Under the pieces are notes generated by a model. The model made no database searches and had not been told where the DNA came from. It saw only the letters and a list, made by a program, of their open reading frames with translations. Shown here in pieces: positions 40,829 to 53,632 of a stretch of 64,000 nucleotides of DNA. The position numbers and the translations under genes are program-made. Source of the stretch: Octopus sinensis (taxonomy: Eukaryota); the NCBI RefSeq assembly GCF_006345805.1, contig NC_043008.1, positions 54,808,001 to 54,872,000 of the forward strand, given 5' to 3'. Positions within the stretch are counted from its first letter, which is position 1. Every line of letters starts with the position of its first letter.

Positions 40829-42058
40829 TTCTTTATTACCCACAAGGGGCTAAACACAGATGGGACAGACATAGGTGTTAAGTCGATTACATCGACCCCA
40901 GTGCGTAACTGGTACTTAATTTATCGACCCCGAAAGGATGAAAGGCAAAGTCGACCTCGGCGGAATTCGAACTCACAACGTAACGCAGACGAAATACCGC
41001 TTAGCATTTCGCCCGGCGTGCTAACGTTTCTGCCAATGGAATACAGCTGCTCCAGTGCATCATGAGAGCGCACGCGTATATATGTGTGTGTAAGCACTAG
41101 ATAGATAATAACTAGATAAAGTGGTCACCAACTGACCAGGGTACACCAAAACGCAAATAATAGGATGGGCAAAGATAACAAGAACGGGACTTTCCGCATC
41201 TTGTGATATAGGAGGAATATGGCTGCTATTTATTGAAGGTTGAGCGACTGTATATCTGTCTGCTTCTTTGCCACATTTTATTGGTAGTTAAGGAGTTACC
41301 TTCGCCGTCAAATATATCGGAACTTTATCCCACGACACAGCATCTCCCGTGTGCGTTTTCTTAGCTTTGTGAAAGAAATTTAGAAGACAAAGCCAGTAAC
41401 AACAATAGCAACAACAACAACAACTATAATGATGGTTTCAAATTTTAGCACAAGGCCAGCAATTTCGGGGTGGGGGGAGTGGATTACATTGACCCCACTA
41501 ATTAACTGGTACTTATTTCATCATTCCCCGAAAGGATGAAAGGCAAAGCCGGCCTTGGCAAAATTTGAACTCGGAACATAATGACGGGCGAACCGCCTCT
41601 AAGCATTTCACTAACGATTCTACCAGCTCGCCGCTTTAATAATAATAATAATAATAATAATCTTTTCTACTGGAGGCACAAGGCCTCATACTTGTGGATA
41701 GGGGAGTAGACGATTACATCGATCCCAGTGTTTCACTGGTACTTAATTTATCGACCTCCAAAGGATGTAAGACAAAGTCGACCTCGTCGGAATTTGAACT
41801 CAGAACGTAGCAGCAGATGAAATACCTATTTCTTTACTACCCACAAGGGACTAAACACAGAGAGGACAATCAAGGACAGACAAACGGATTAAGTCGATTA
41901 CATCGACTTCCAGTGCGTAACTGGTACTTAATTTATCGACCCCGAAAGGATGAAAGGCAAAGTCGACCTCGGCGGAATTTGAACTCAGAACGCAGCGGCG
42001 GACGAAATACCACAAAGCATTTCGCCCGGCGTGCTAACGTTTTTGCCAGCTCGCCGCC

Positions 42059-42061
<3 letters not shown>
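40829..42061 (-). mobile_element. Three minus-strand family C SINEs (40829-41035, 41430-41636, dimeric 41660-42061)
   Basis: Reverse complements of 39431-39665. Confidence 0.8.
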
Positions 42062-42115
<54 letters not shown>

Positions 42116-42254
42116 TTAGGTTGTCCCAAAAGTTCGTAAACACTTCCGAAAATTGAATTTTTACTCGCCAAGTACTAACAAAAACAACAAAAATTATTCC
42201 TCAAAATAAAGACCATTATTTTCCAAGACTTTCTACGAACTTTTGGGACAACCT

Positions 42255-42256
<2 letters not shown>
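42116..42256. mobile_element. 141-bp mariner-type MITE of a second subfamily inserted in an (AAT)n microsatellite
   Basis: TIRs ttaggttgtcccaaaagttcgta / tacgaacttttgggacaacctta, with TA on both sides. Confidence 0.85.
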
Positions 42257-42307
<51 letters not shown>

Positions 42308-42811
42308 CAATAATAATAATGACAATAATAATAATAGTAATAACAATAATAATAAAAGTAGCAATATTAACTTTCTTGGTTTCTTTCTCTCCAAGAAGAT
42401 TAATTCTTCTGTTAGGCGCCAGGTGATGGTAGAAACATCTGCAATCTCTGTCCTATAACTGTTCCTTTATTCGATTAGGTGTAGTTTAGTGATGGTAATG
42501 CATTTTAAAAAATGAAATTACGACAATCTGATTGAGATAATTGGTTGGGTTGCACCAATAAAACATTTTAAAACAATTTATTATTAGAGTCAACGGCAGA
42601 TGGGGGGGAGATGGTCAATTCTCCAATATATCATAGACTCCCATCGGAGTATAATTCGATATTGTTGGGTCCCTGTTTCTCCATTTATCTCTTGTTGTTG
42701 TTGTTGCTGTTGTTGTTGTTGTGTTGTTATAGTGGTTAGTTCTGTCTCTCCTTTTCAGCTAAGATTTTTCTTTAAAACATACGTGCTTTTTCTCTCTCAT
42801 TCTTACATTAT

Positions 42812-42825
42812 TTTCTTTCACTTTT

Positions 42826-42861
<36 letters not shown>

Positions 42862-42892
42862 TATTTCTTTCTTTCTTTCTTTCATTCTTACA

Positions 42893-42940
<48 letters not shown>

Positions 42941-42998
42941 TTTCTTCTTTCTTTCTTTTTTCTTTCTTTCTTTCTTTCTTTCTTTCCTTCTTTCTTTG

Positions 42999-43040
<42 letters not shown>

Positions 43041-43070
43041 TCCTCACTCCTCTCTCTCTCCTTCCTCTAA
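42812..43070. repeat. (TTTC)n microsatellite
   Basis: Direct reading. Confidence 0.95.
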
Positions 43071-43300
43071 GTTTCTACCTCCCACTGCTCTCTTCCTCCC
43101 TTTATCTCTCTGTATTCGTTATGTGTACTTTAACCCTTGCAAAAACATTTTTTCTCTTTACCTATTAATCATTCTAGTATTCTTGATTTCCAATTTTCTA
43201 GCATTCATCCTCTAATTTCTTTCTCTCTGTCTGTCTTCCATCTCTCTCTCTCTCTGTCTCCCCTCTGTCACTTTCTCTCTCTCTCTAAACGCGTTTACTC

Positions 43301-43366
<66 letters not shown>

Positions 43367-46300
43367 TTTAACCCTTCTAATCAGTGCTTCTTCACCAAAT
43401 TGCTACACAATCTCATTAATGTCTGCTCGTAAAGGCTGTCAGTTAGCAGAATCATTAGGACGCCGGACAAAACGCCAAGCAACATTTCTTCTGGCTTTAC
43501 GTTCTGAGCTCAAATTCCCCCGAGGTGGACTTTGGCTTTCATCTTCTCAGTGTCCAAAAAATAAGTACCAGTCTACCGCTGGGTTCGATGTATTCGACTA
43601 GCCCCCCCACCCTCCTACAAAATTTAAGGCCTTGTGCCTGTAGTAGAAAGATTAATATTTATTTTACCCCCCTTTTTATTTCTCTTACCTTCTCTCTTTC
43701 TCTCTCTCTCCATCTCTCTCATCTATTATATTTTCATTTTAATTCTTCCATTTCCTCCCATTTTCCATCCATTTTCCTATCCCGTCCTCCACCTCTCTGC
43801 CTAGTACTTTCTTTTTCTCTTCCCTCTATTTTCTTTTCTGTCTCCCTTTCTTTGTATTTGTATTTGTACCAGAAATATTTTACTCTGTTCAAAGAGAATC
43901 AAACGTCTTTCCCGACCCATAAACTCAGAAGGCCAGTCTTCTGGATTCTGTAACGTATAAATTCCTGCCGCCTACTACCGGGCAGACGCCGGTCCGTCGC
44001 AGGATTACTCATTTTTGCCAGCTGGGTGGACTGCAGCGTCATGCAACGAGAAAAATGAAGTGCTTTGCTCAATAACACAATGCATCACCCGGTCGAAGAA
44101 TCGAAAGAGCAACCTCAGTATCACGAGTCCAACACTCTAAACACTAAGCCACGTGCCTCCACATTTTACTCTATTAATATTGGGGAAAATAGCATTTCAT
44201 TACTTAACTAAAGGATTACTTATTGGGGTTATGCGACTTAGAAATACTCAGCCACACATCGAACAAATTTCCCCCAATACTTATTTTTTAAGTTTGGTAT
44301 TTATTCTATTTCGTCTCTTTTGGTGAACCGCTTATTGTTATAGTTATAGTTATAGTTATAGGCGATGTAAACAAACTAACAGCGGTTGTCAAGCGATGCT
44401 GGTATGGGAAATCACAGACACACATGCGCCCATATGTGTGTGTGTATGTATGTATATATGTGTGTGTGTGTATGTATGTATATATGTGTGTGTATCTATG
44501 TGTGTATGTACATACACACACACATACAATGAAGTTCCGCATAGTTTCCACCGACCAAATTCCCTCAAAAGACATTGATCGAGTCGGACTCTAGTAGAAG
44601 TCTCTTATTCAAAGTGCCGCGTAGTGGGATTGAACCCGAAAACAAGATTCTTAACAACATTCCCTTACCTGCGTCTTAATTATTATTAATATTTTAAAAA
44701 TTACTTCCTTTCATCTTCCATTCTTTTGTTTTCGTTCATTCATTTGATTATCATATTTCACTAAGTGATGTTTAAAAATAATGTTTGCTCTTAAATTAAC
44801 ATTCTGATGCATTTGTAGGAGGCATATTTCCCTATAAACTTTGATCATTAGAATCGATATTGATAAGAGTTATGCATTATATTTTGTGTAGTCTTTGCTA
44901 ATGTATATATTTTTTTTATATTTGCAAGTATGATTGTTGGTTGTAGTCTTTTACAATACGGGAAGTTAAAAGAACCATTTAGTTAACCTATAACGCTAAC
45001 AAGACGAACTGAAGTGTTTGCTTTGAAAGAAAGAAAGAAGAGCCGAACGTCTGTCACCTAATTGGTGTTCTGTTAATGCTGCGTATGAAAATTTACTTTA
45101 AAGTTTTAGATTTAAGGCTTTTAAAAATTGAATGTGTTTATATATTTACAAGACGGCTGCAACGCGATTTCAAGTAATACCATCACTTGGTTGTTCTATT
45201 AAACATGAACAGCACCGCTGTGTCTTTTCAGTTCAGCTAAGGACATACACTGCTTTGTACAGACATGGCAACCATGTTACAATATTGTTATACGTACGTA
45301 CAAAATATGTCGAACATGTGAACCTGTCACACATGCGTTCTTCCCAAGCTGTCTTCTTTCAACTTCTTATCTTCTTTCTCTTCTTTCTTCTCTTCTTCTG
45401 AAGTAGTACTACATCCTAAAGTAGTTATGCAATAGTCTTATATCGGTTTCCTATTTTAGCACAAGGCCTAAAATTTCTGGGGAGGTTGTGAGTGGATTAC
45501 ATTGACTCCATTGATCAACTGGTATTTTATCGATCCGGAAATGATGAAAAGCAAAGTCGACTCCAGCAGGATTTGAACTCAATGCATAAAGACGGACGAA
45601 ATGCCGCTGAAAATTTTGTCACCCAAGACGTGACAACTAGATAGAGAAAGATCTGCACTAGTACCTATGTGTTACTCATTTAGCTGATTGTGGAAGCACA
45701 TGGTCTTGTGGTTAGAGTAGCGGACTCATGGTCGAAAGATCGCGGGTTCGAATCTCAGACCGGGCGATGTGTGTGTTCAGGAGCGAAACACCTCATAAAC
45801 GATGTGTGTGTTTATGAGCGGCTCCGGCAGAAGGTAATGGCGTACTTCTGCTGACTCTTTCGCCACAACTTTCACTCACTCTTTCCTCCTGCATCTTGCA
45901 GCTCACCTGCGACGGACCGGCGTCCCGTCCAGGTGGGGAACCTATACACCAAGGAAACCGGGGAACCGGCCCTTATGATCTAGGCATGGCTCGAGAAGGA
46001 TCAAACATTTAGTCGATTAGACTGGGGCAACATGAAACGAGGTGCCTTGCTCAAAGTCACAAGTCACCGGTCGGCTCAGGTATTGAACTGGCGACACTGT
46101 GATCGTGAGCCCAACACGCTTATCACTAAGACACGTTCACTCTAAATTCTCTCTCAAATTTCACCAAATTATCAATACAATGGAGCATTTATTCCGTCCA
46201 GCATGGGTCACTGAGACTGATGCATTATAGGATACATTATCAATTTCCAACATCAGATCAAATCCATTTGGCATGTTAGATACTTTACATGTCATTCCTT

Positions 46301-46450
46301 CATAACCTATAATTTAAATAAATATCAGCTAATATCATCAGAGTCCATCTAATAAATGATGTATAGTAACACAAAAACGGCCTTTTGCCTAACGGAAAGA
46401 AAGCTACACTGAATGTAAAGATATGTAAAAACCTCAATTTTATATACAAA

Positions 46451-46631
46451 ATGTTCGTGTGCGGAAGAAAGGAAACATCCGGATTAATTCTTGTCTTCTG
46501 TTGGCATATCATCAGTGAGTGAGTACCTTGTTTGTCTAGGAACAAACTGTATATAAACCCATTGTTATTGGATTAATCGGATTTTTGTACGCAGTGCATT
46601 CTTGGCAGCTAGCTCCATTAATAATTCAGTG
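46451..46631 (+). other. Candidate alternative 5' exons (46451-46518 and 46595-46631) splicing in frame to the AstC terminal exon
   Basis: ATG 46451 to AGT GA|gtgagt (phase 2), 76-nt intron, ttttgtacgcag acceptor, 37-nt exon ending GTG|gtgagt (phase 0). Gives MFVCGRKETSGLILVFCWHIISDAFLAASSINNSV+SEISR... Confidence 0.35.
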
Positions 46632-47304
46632 GTGAGTTACTAGTGTTTTGTTTCATTAATGTAACGGTCTGTTGTAAAGTATAGCAGTGGGAAAAAAGGC
46701 AACGAGGAGAAATATAAACAGAATAAAATAATGTAGTCTAAAAGAGATATATTTAAAAAAAGGAGTCAGTTGAATTTAAGATGGCGAGATTTACTAATCT
46801 GATGCACCAAATTCACAAGATTTCAGATACACACACACACACACACCACACACACACACAAACACACACAGACAAGCATGCACGCACGTACACACACACG
46901 TACATATACATTCCATATATACCTAAATATATGCATATGTATATAATATAATGTAATATAATATAATATAATATAATATAATATATATAATATATATATT
47001 TATAACTTCGTTTATTTCACAATTTTTTCACGTTTGTATGCGGTGTAACAAATAGTATTTTGGCGAAATATTTCACAGGATGGGGGGGGGGGGAGGTCTC
47101 TAAAAGCATTAAGATATTGAGATACTGAGAACTTTCTCTGATTTCCATTTCCATTGCTAAACAACTTTCTAAGAAGAAAAAGAAAAAAGGAGTAAACAAA
47201 AATACACATGAATTTTGTCCAATCACCAAAAACTGTCACGCTTCGTATAAAATGTTTAATTATATCTCATAGGATCTGCCTACAAAATAGAATAGTATGT
47301 GTGT

Positions 47305-47349
<45 letters not shown>

Positions 47350-47418
47350 CATACACACGTATGTGTGTGTGAATGTGCATGTATGTGTGGGGGTACGTAC
47401 AGTTGTGTGTATTATGTC

Positions 47419-47458
<40 letters not shown>

Positions 47459-47947
47459 AAAAAAATAACCTTCCCCTGAAGGATTACTCAATGTGTTTTT
47501 GATATTTTAATGGAATACATTTTTAAAGTTTTGTAAGTATATTTCAGCTTACTCGCCTTCTTGCGTATACGTATGACTGCATGTATGCTGGTGTGTGAAT
47601 TCATGTATATATACATACATATATGTATATATATATATAAACAAAGAAATAAATGAGAGAATTTTCCTCTTTACCGTTGCTGCTGAAAAGCGTAGGCTCG
47701 AGACGTGAAACACTTTTCCATTCTTCCATAGCGTTGTTCCCTCACCGACCTGTATCCGTCTTTTGCTTTATTAGAACTATATATATATATATATAATCTA
47801 GAGAAAAAACCTCTGTTAAACAATTCAATAAAGAAAGATGTTATTCACACCATCTAGAAACATATACTATAAAAAAAAATTATTCTAAAAATCAATAAAG
47901 TACAATAAATAGTAAATAGTAGTAAAAAGACTACGCGCATTTCGTGG

Positions 47948-48020
<73 letters not shown>

Positions 48021-48149
48021 CAGCCGAAATTGCGAAGATGATCCGGTCCTTGACTGATGATTGAGGGCTTCAAATGTCCGTCCTGTGTTTCTTGTGTTGT
48101 CTTCTAGGTGTTTCACGTTCTTGTCCATGTTTGTATATATATTTTTTAC

Positions 48150-48240
<91 letters not shown>

Positions 48241-48371
48241 CACCTACATACTTACACACACACAAATAGGGAACGATGAACAAGAAGATTTAGCGATTTG
48301 TTTTACAATGCATGTAAATATATTTATTTTATTTTATCATTATTCTTACGTTTGTTCTGTTCTCGTTGCAG

Positions 48372-48542
48372 AGCGAGATTTCGCGGGAGAGGCAGCTGGC
48401 TAATCGTTTACTACACCGCTTACTTGACGTTGCTTACGAAACTTTCCGAGATTACGGTGGCACTGAACACGAATTGAAAGAGATCCAAAGAAAGCGTGCC
48501 GTCATCACAGCTTGCTATTTCCAGGCAGTTTCCTGTTACTAA
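48372..48542 (+). CDS. AstC: Allatostatin-C-type precursor, terminal coding exon (SEISRERQLANRLLHRLLDVAYETFRDYGGTEHELKEIQRKR-AVITACYFQAVSCY*)
   Basis: Polypyrimidine tract plus ttgcag acceptor (48371), phase 0, open for 56 codons to TAA at 48540-48542. An RKR convertase site precedes a C-terminal 14-mer (48498-48539) carrying the C-x6-C 'CYFxAVSC[FY]' signature of the AstC/somatostatin family. Joins exon 1 in frame to give a 90-aa prepropeptide. Confidence 0.93.
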   Translation, partial: SEISRERQLANRLLHRLLDVAYETFRDYGGTEHELKEIQRKRAVITACYFQAVSCY

Positions 48543-48729
48543 AAACGACCAATTTTGTCTACACAACAATAACTGAACGACACCCCGTTGCCATCTGCGA
48601 TACATACATGGAGGCCGATGTTTTGAGGGTGCCGGATAATGTGAACTTGTCCTTTATTGACAAATTAAACTCTCACCCGTAACAATTCTTTCCATGTTTC
48701 CTTCTTGACTATTTGATCCTTTCTTATAA

Positions 48730-48922
48730 AATAAAACAGAAAAAAATTAATTAATTAATTGGGTAAACTATTAAAAGAAAGATCTTAATTGAAAAAAAAA
48801 AAATTAAACAACCAACTGAAGCGAAAGAGAGAGAGGGATAATGTCTGAAAAATTTTAACAATAAAAGAAGAGAAAATATTCAGAGAAGTAAGAAAAAGGA
48901 AAGGATAGAAAAGTTGAATAAA
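48730..48922 (+). terminator. Candidate polyadenylation signals of the AstC 3' UTR (AATAAA at 48730, 48860, 48917)
   Basis: Hexamers 190-380 nt after the stop codon, followed by a T/GT-rich tract at ~48977-49002. The AT-rich context makes chance hits likely. Confidence 0.35.
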
Positions 48923-49317
48923 ATAACACAACGTTATTCTTTCAGTTATTCAATACATTTTCCTCTCAACCCCCATCTTTTTCTTGTTATTTTTCTTGTT
49001 TGAAATGTTATGTTCCTTGACTCGTTCTGTTCCTACTGATCAGAACGATGTCTCGAAACATTGTGACTTAACTAGTGTTTATAAAGAGGGAAGGCGATGA
49101 AGATGAAACTGGAAGAACCTAATGATGCTTGTTGTACATGAGTATCAATAGGATCACGATTATGGAAACTGTTGCAACCAAATGATCATTAAAGTATTTT
49201 AAAAACTCATTAAATCGTTGTCTTGATGATATGAAAATGTGTTTTTTTCCTTTTTTCATTGCGTGGTTTTGTGTTTAGCTTCAATAATCGATAGATTTCG
49301 AAAGCCACGAAGAAAAT

Positions 49318-49498
49318 GCGCGACTGTGTAGTAAGACGCTTATTCCCAACCATATGGTTCCAGGTTCAGTCCCACTGCTTGGAACCTTGGGCAAGTGTCT
49401 TCTACTATAGCCTCAGGACGAACATAGCCTTGTGAATGGATTTGGTAGGCGGAAACTGAAACCCGTCGTATATGTACACACACGCACGCACACACACA

Positions 49499-49544
<46 letters not shown>

Positions 49545-49805
49545 ACACACACACACACACACACACACTTACACACACACACACACACACGTATGTGTGT
49601 GTATCTTTGTGTCTATACCCTCCACTACTTGATAACCGGTGTTGGTGTGTGTTTACTTCCACGTAACTTAGTAGATCGATAGAATAAGTACCAGGCTTTA
49701 CAAACCAATAATAAGTACTGGCGTCTATTCATTCGACTAAAATTCTTCAAGGAGGTACCCCAGCATGGCTGCAGTCTAATGACTGTAACAAGTAAATGGT
49801 AAAAG
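49318..49805 (+). mobile_element. SINE family D with an internal (CA)n tract
   Basis: Same head and tail as 6268-6700. Confidence 0.78.
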
Positions 49806-49822
49806 ATATCTATCTATCTATA

Positions 49823-49885
<63 letters not shown>

Positions 49886-50016
49886 TTGGAACAGTGGATC
49901 TTGAAATATAAAAAGCTAGAAATAATAGCGTCGGGTTGAAGAACCCTCTTGGACAGAAGTCGAAGGCTTCCCCCCAAGAATATATATGTGTATGTGTGAG
50001 AATGCGTATACATACA

Positions 50017-50047
<31 letters not shown>

Positions 50048-50101
50048 TTATGTATCTGTGTGTGTGTATATATATATGTGTATATATTTAGTTATATATG
50101 C

Positions 50102-50132
<31 letters not shown>

Positions 50133-50939
50133 GGTATGTGTGTATGAATTTATTTATATATGCATATATAAATAGATATAGATGCATGATGTAAGTCAAC
50201 TTGTGACTGAGAGAGACCACTTCCTAAGCTCAGTAAGTCCGTGAAAATGTTCCAAGATCCCAAGAAGTCCGCGTTCGTGGATTCCTTTTGAGTTGATGAA
50301 GTATTGCACCACACTGGAACCACTTTTCAGCACAATCAGTTTATAACACCAGTGACACAACAATGGTGATGACCAGGATCCAAATGCAGTTGAGGTTTAT
50401 TATACCAGTTTACTTTCTCCCAAAACAAGTTCTAACGAGAACTAGCAGGTCCTTCACTACCAGTGGTTCACATGCTTGTTAACCCATAGCTGGGTAGAAT
50501 CGTTAAGACGTTGACCAAATTCCTAAGCAGCATTTAATGTGGCTTTACGTTCTGAGTTCAAATTCCGCCGAAGTCGATTTTGGCTTTCATCTTTTCAATG
50601 TCCAAAAAGTAAGTACCAGTTGACCACTGGTTCCAATGTATTCGACTAACCCCACTCATATGCTCCAAACTTTTAGGCTTTGTGCCTGTAGTAGAAATAT
50701 TAATGTTTATTGTATCCCCCACTCTCTCTCTCATTTATTCTCACACTCCTTTTCAGTTTAATTTTCTCCGTTCCTCCTATTTTCCATCCGTTTCATATCC
50801 CTTCCTATTTTGTCCAGCGCCCTAGTTATTCTGCTAACTCACAATTTTTACTCTATTCAAAAGAAATCAAACGTCCTTCGTGAGTCATAGATTCATAAAG
50901 CAAGTTTTCTGGCCTGATCAGTTGCTACCGTTTCGGATT

Positions 50940-51640
50940 AGAGAAGACTGGAAAGTATAGTGACTGAAGGGTGGTCCCACGCTCCTCACAATCCAGGAAT
51001 TCCCGTACCAGACTCCCATTCCAAATGCAGTTTAAAGTCCTGCATACAACCTTCGACATCAGCAAATTATTGTTCCTGAAAGGTGTGTTCTATACATACC
51101 ACGGACTGCTCGAAATTTACAACTTACTACACCTACATCCTTGGATCGAGCAAAGTCATTGTGAGAAAGAATCATTGAAATGAGCCATTGATGATGCAAT
51201 GTGAGGCTCTTACATGACTTTTGAGCCCTACGTACAGTTGTGCTGGTCTGCTGAAGGAACAGGTGCCACATTATGAAGTCTTTTGACTTGTCTTTTTAAT
51301 CCTCCAACTGAATGGCACACCTATCCACAGGTTGCACATGTTCTGTTGTGAACAACAGCTGTATTGCAATTTACAAGGCGTTCATTTCTGTGACTTCTCA
51401 CACGGCTGACCAGGTCTGCATGACCCAAGCATTTCCTCGTACAAATCACACAAGTAAAAAACAACACTCTTTAATTTTCTATTGGTTTATTCTTTCTAAG
51501 TTTTCTCTTGATCAACTCGTGCTTCATTTTCTCTCTTTCAAATTTCGAACAACCACTGTTCATCCATTTCGGTCTTGTGCTTCTCTCCCAAATAGCATCT
51601 GAAATTCCTGTCTGCGTCAAAGCACTTTTAAAGCAGCCAT
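50940..51640 (-). mobile_element. Decayed non-LTR retrotransposon fragment (endonuclease/linker region)
   Basis: Broken coding-like minus-strand frames (ILSHNDFARSKDVGVVSCKFRAVRG; WERSTRPKWM) with many stops. Confidence 0.3.
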
Positions 51641-52570
51641 TGAACCTCATGATACAAAAGTAGTTATAATTGAAATAAACACTATAAAATTGCAAAAATA
51701 ATTTACCTCAACTAAATAATTATAAAACCTTATGTGCTGGCCCTTTTCAATATTCCAGCTCACCATACAAAAGTTGCTTAGGAAGTCTTTTATCATTCAT
51801 TCTCACCAGATGCCCACCCCACCTCAAACGATTTTGCAGAATGATCGATTCTACACTCCTACTACAACTTTTCTCGAATACCTCTACATCACTGTTCACC
51901 ATTCTCCAATTTATTCCAAAATTTCTTTAACACAGTATTGATGTAATCGTTCCAAATGCCTCGAATGCTCACTATAAACAACTCATGTCACTTCCATAGA
52001 GCAATGATAGTAGTACACATGTACTATAAACTCTAGCTTTAGTTTGGATAAATATAGTATAGCGCGACCAGAGACGCTTGTCAATCCTATTAAAGGCACT
52101 AACAGGTTTGCTGATTCTATACGAGCATAAGGCTCCAGATTCGAAGCCCTGCCTGGTACTGGTCTGATGTTCTTTTTTTTGATAGATTTGACGCGAACCT
52201 TACACTTGTGAATGAAACTAATTTTATGAAAACTGCATAGAAGCCAAAATGGTGGACTGTACTTGTAATTCAAAGGGTAAAACCTTGCTACAAACTGTGT
52301 CATGCTGATTTTATCTGAAAATTGTGATGGGAACCTATGTTTGTGGAATTTTCTGTTACATATCCTTTAATTCAAGATCAGGTAATTCAGTTAAGGGTGC
52401 TATATTATCCAATATCTCATTTATTTAAGACAGCAAGAGAATATTTGAAAGAGTTTTACTTACTTTTTCCAGCTCGTTAAGTGACCAAATTTCCTTTGTT
52501 AAACACTAAGACCAGCCGACATAAAATGACGCCAACCGTTAGTGTAGTTGTAGTGGCGGTGGTCGGAAAA

Positions 52571-52788
52571 AATCTCAGTTAGCTGTAGACCAGACGATAC
52601 TCTGTCGTCTGTCAGAAAATAACTTATCTCTCTTTTTTTCTCTCTCGTTTACATTTTTTATCTGATTGATTTAAGGCTGAATCTCAGTTAGCTGTAGACC
52701 AGACGATACTCTGTCGTCTGTCAGAAAATAATCTCACTCTCTCTTTTTTCTCTCGTTTACACTTTTTTATCTCATTGATTTAAGGCTG
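52571..52788. repeat. Tandem duplication of a ~109-bp unit
   Basis: aatctcagttagctgtagaccagacgatactctgtcgtctgtcagaaaata...gatttaaggctg occurs twice. Confidence 0.9.
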
Positions 52789-53632
52789 TTTGCTGGTGGA
52801 ATAGCTTGTGTGGGATATCTGTAATATTGGTGGAATATGACAGGCAGTGAAAGAACTGGCTGTATTTAGTTTGCATACACGTAGGTCGCTAAGGAGTGGG
52901 GGCTAGCATTGGACGGTACTGACGCCTCGCTATTCAATGGTTCACTCTCAGATTTAGAAAATACAGTTTAGAAAATACAAATTAATGCACACCCAGAATA
53001 TTCTGAAGCACCCCCAGGCACAAAGTCTGGCAACGGGCTTGGTTACATGTACAGATATACTTACACAAGATCCATTACAATACAGATGTCTCAATTAAAG
53101 AGCTTGACCGGATGACAAAGAAGTAAACCGGAAGTGAAGTCGGTTATTTAGATTTACTCCTCGACATATTGAATAGAAATACTGTCAGTATCATCTATTC
53201 TGAGCAAGTAAATTTTTCTTCTATTCCACGTTTTACACTACAACAAAAAAAGAAGATAATTAAATAGAGTATAAAGATTTTAAATTTATATTTAATCGGT
53301 TAATTATACTTCCTCGCACTATTATAAACAATATTAAGCTTCAAAGGCTAAACCGATAGTTCTAGCTTTCATACTTACACCTCGAAACCTCAGTGGATTA
53401 AATAATGTGAATACTTTCCAATCATGTCAAAATTACTTATTTCTCTGTAGATTTTTGTTCACAATTTTTTATTACAATTCAGTGGACAACATTCCCTACA
53501 CTTAGAAAACATGGCTTTTGTTCCTAGACACTCTTAGAATTAAATCCGGATATCTCTGCTCAGCCTTTTCTGATTAAGTCATAAAATAGACACTTAAACG
53601 TAAAGTTGTATTTCTGTCATGTGATAGAAATA

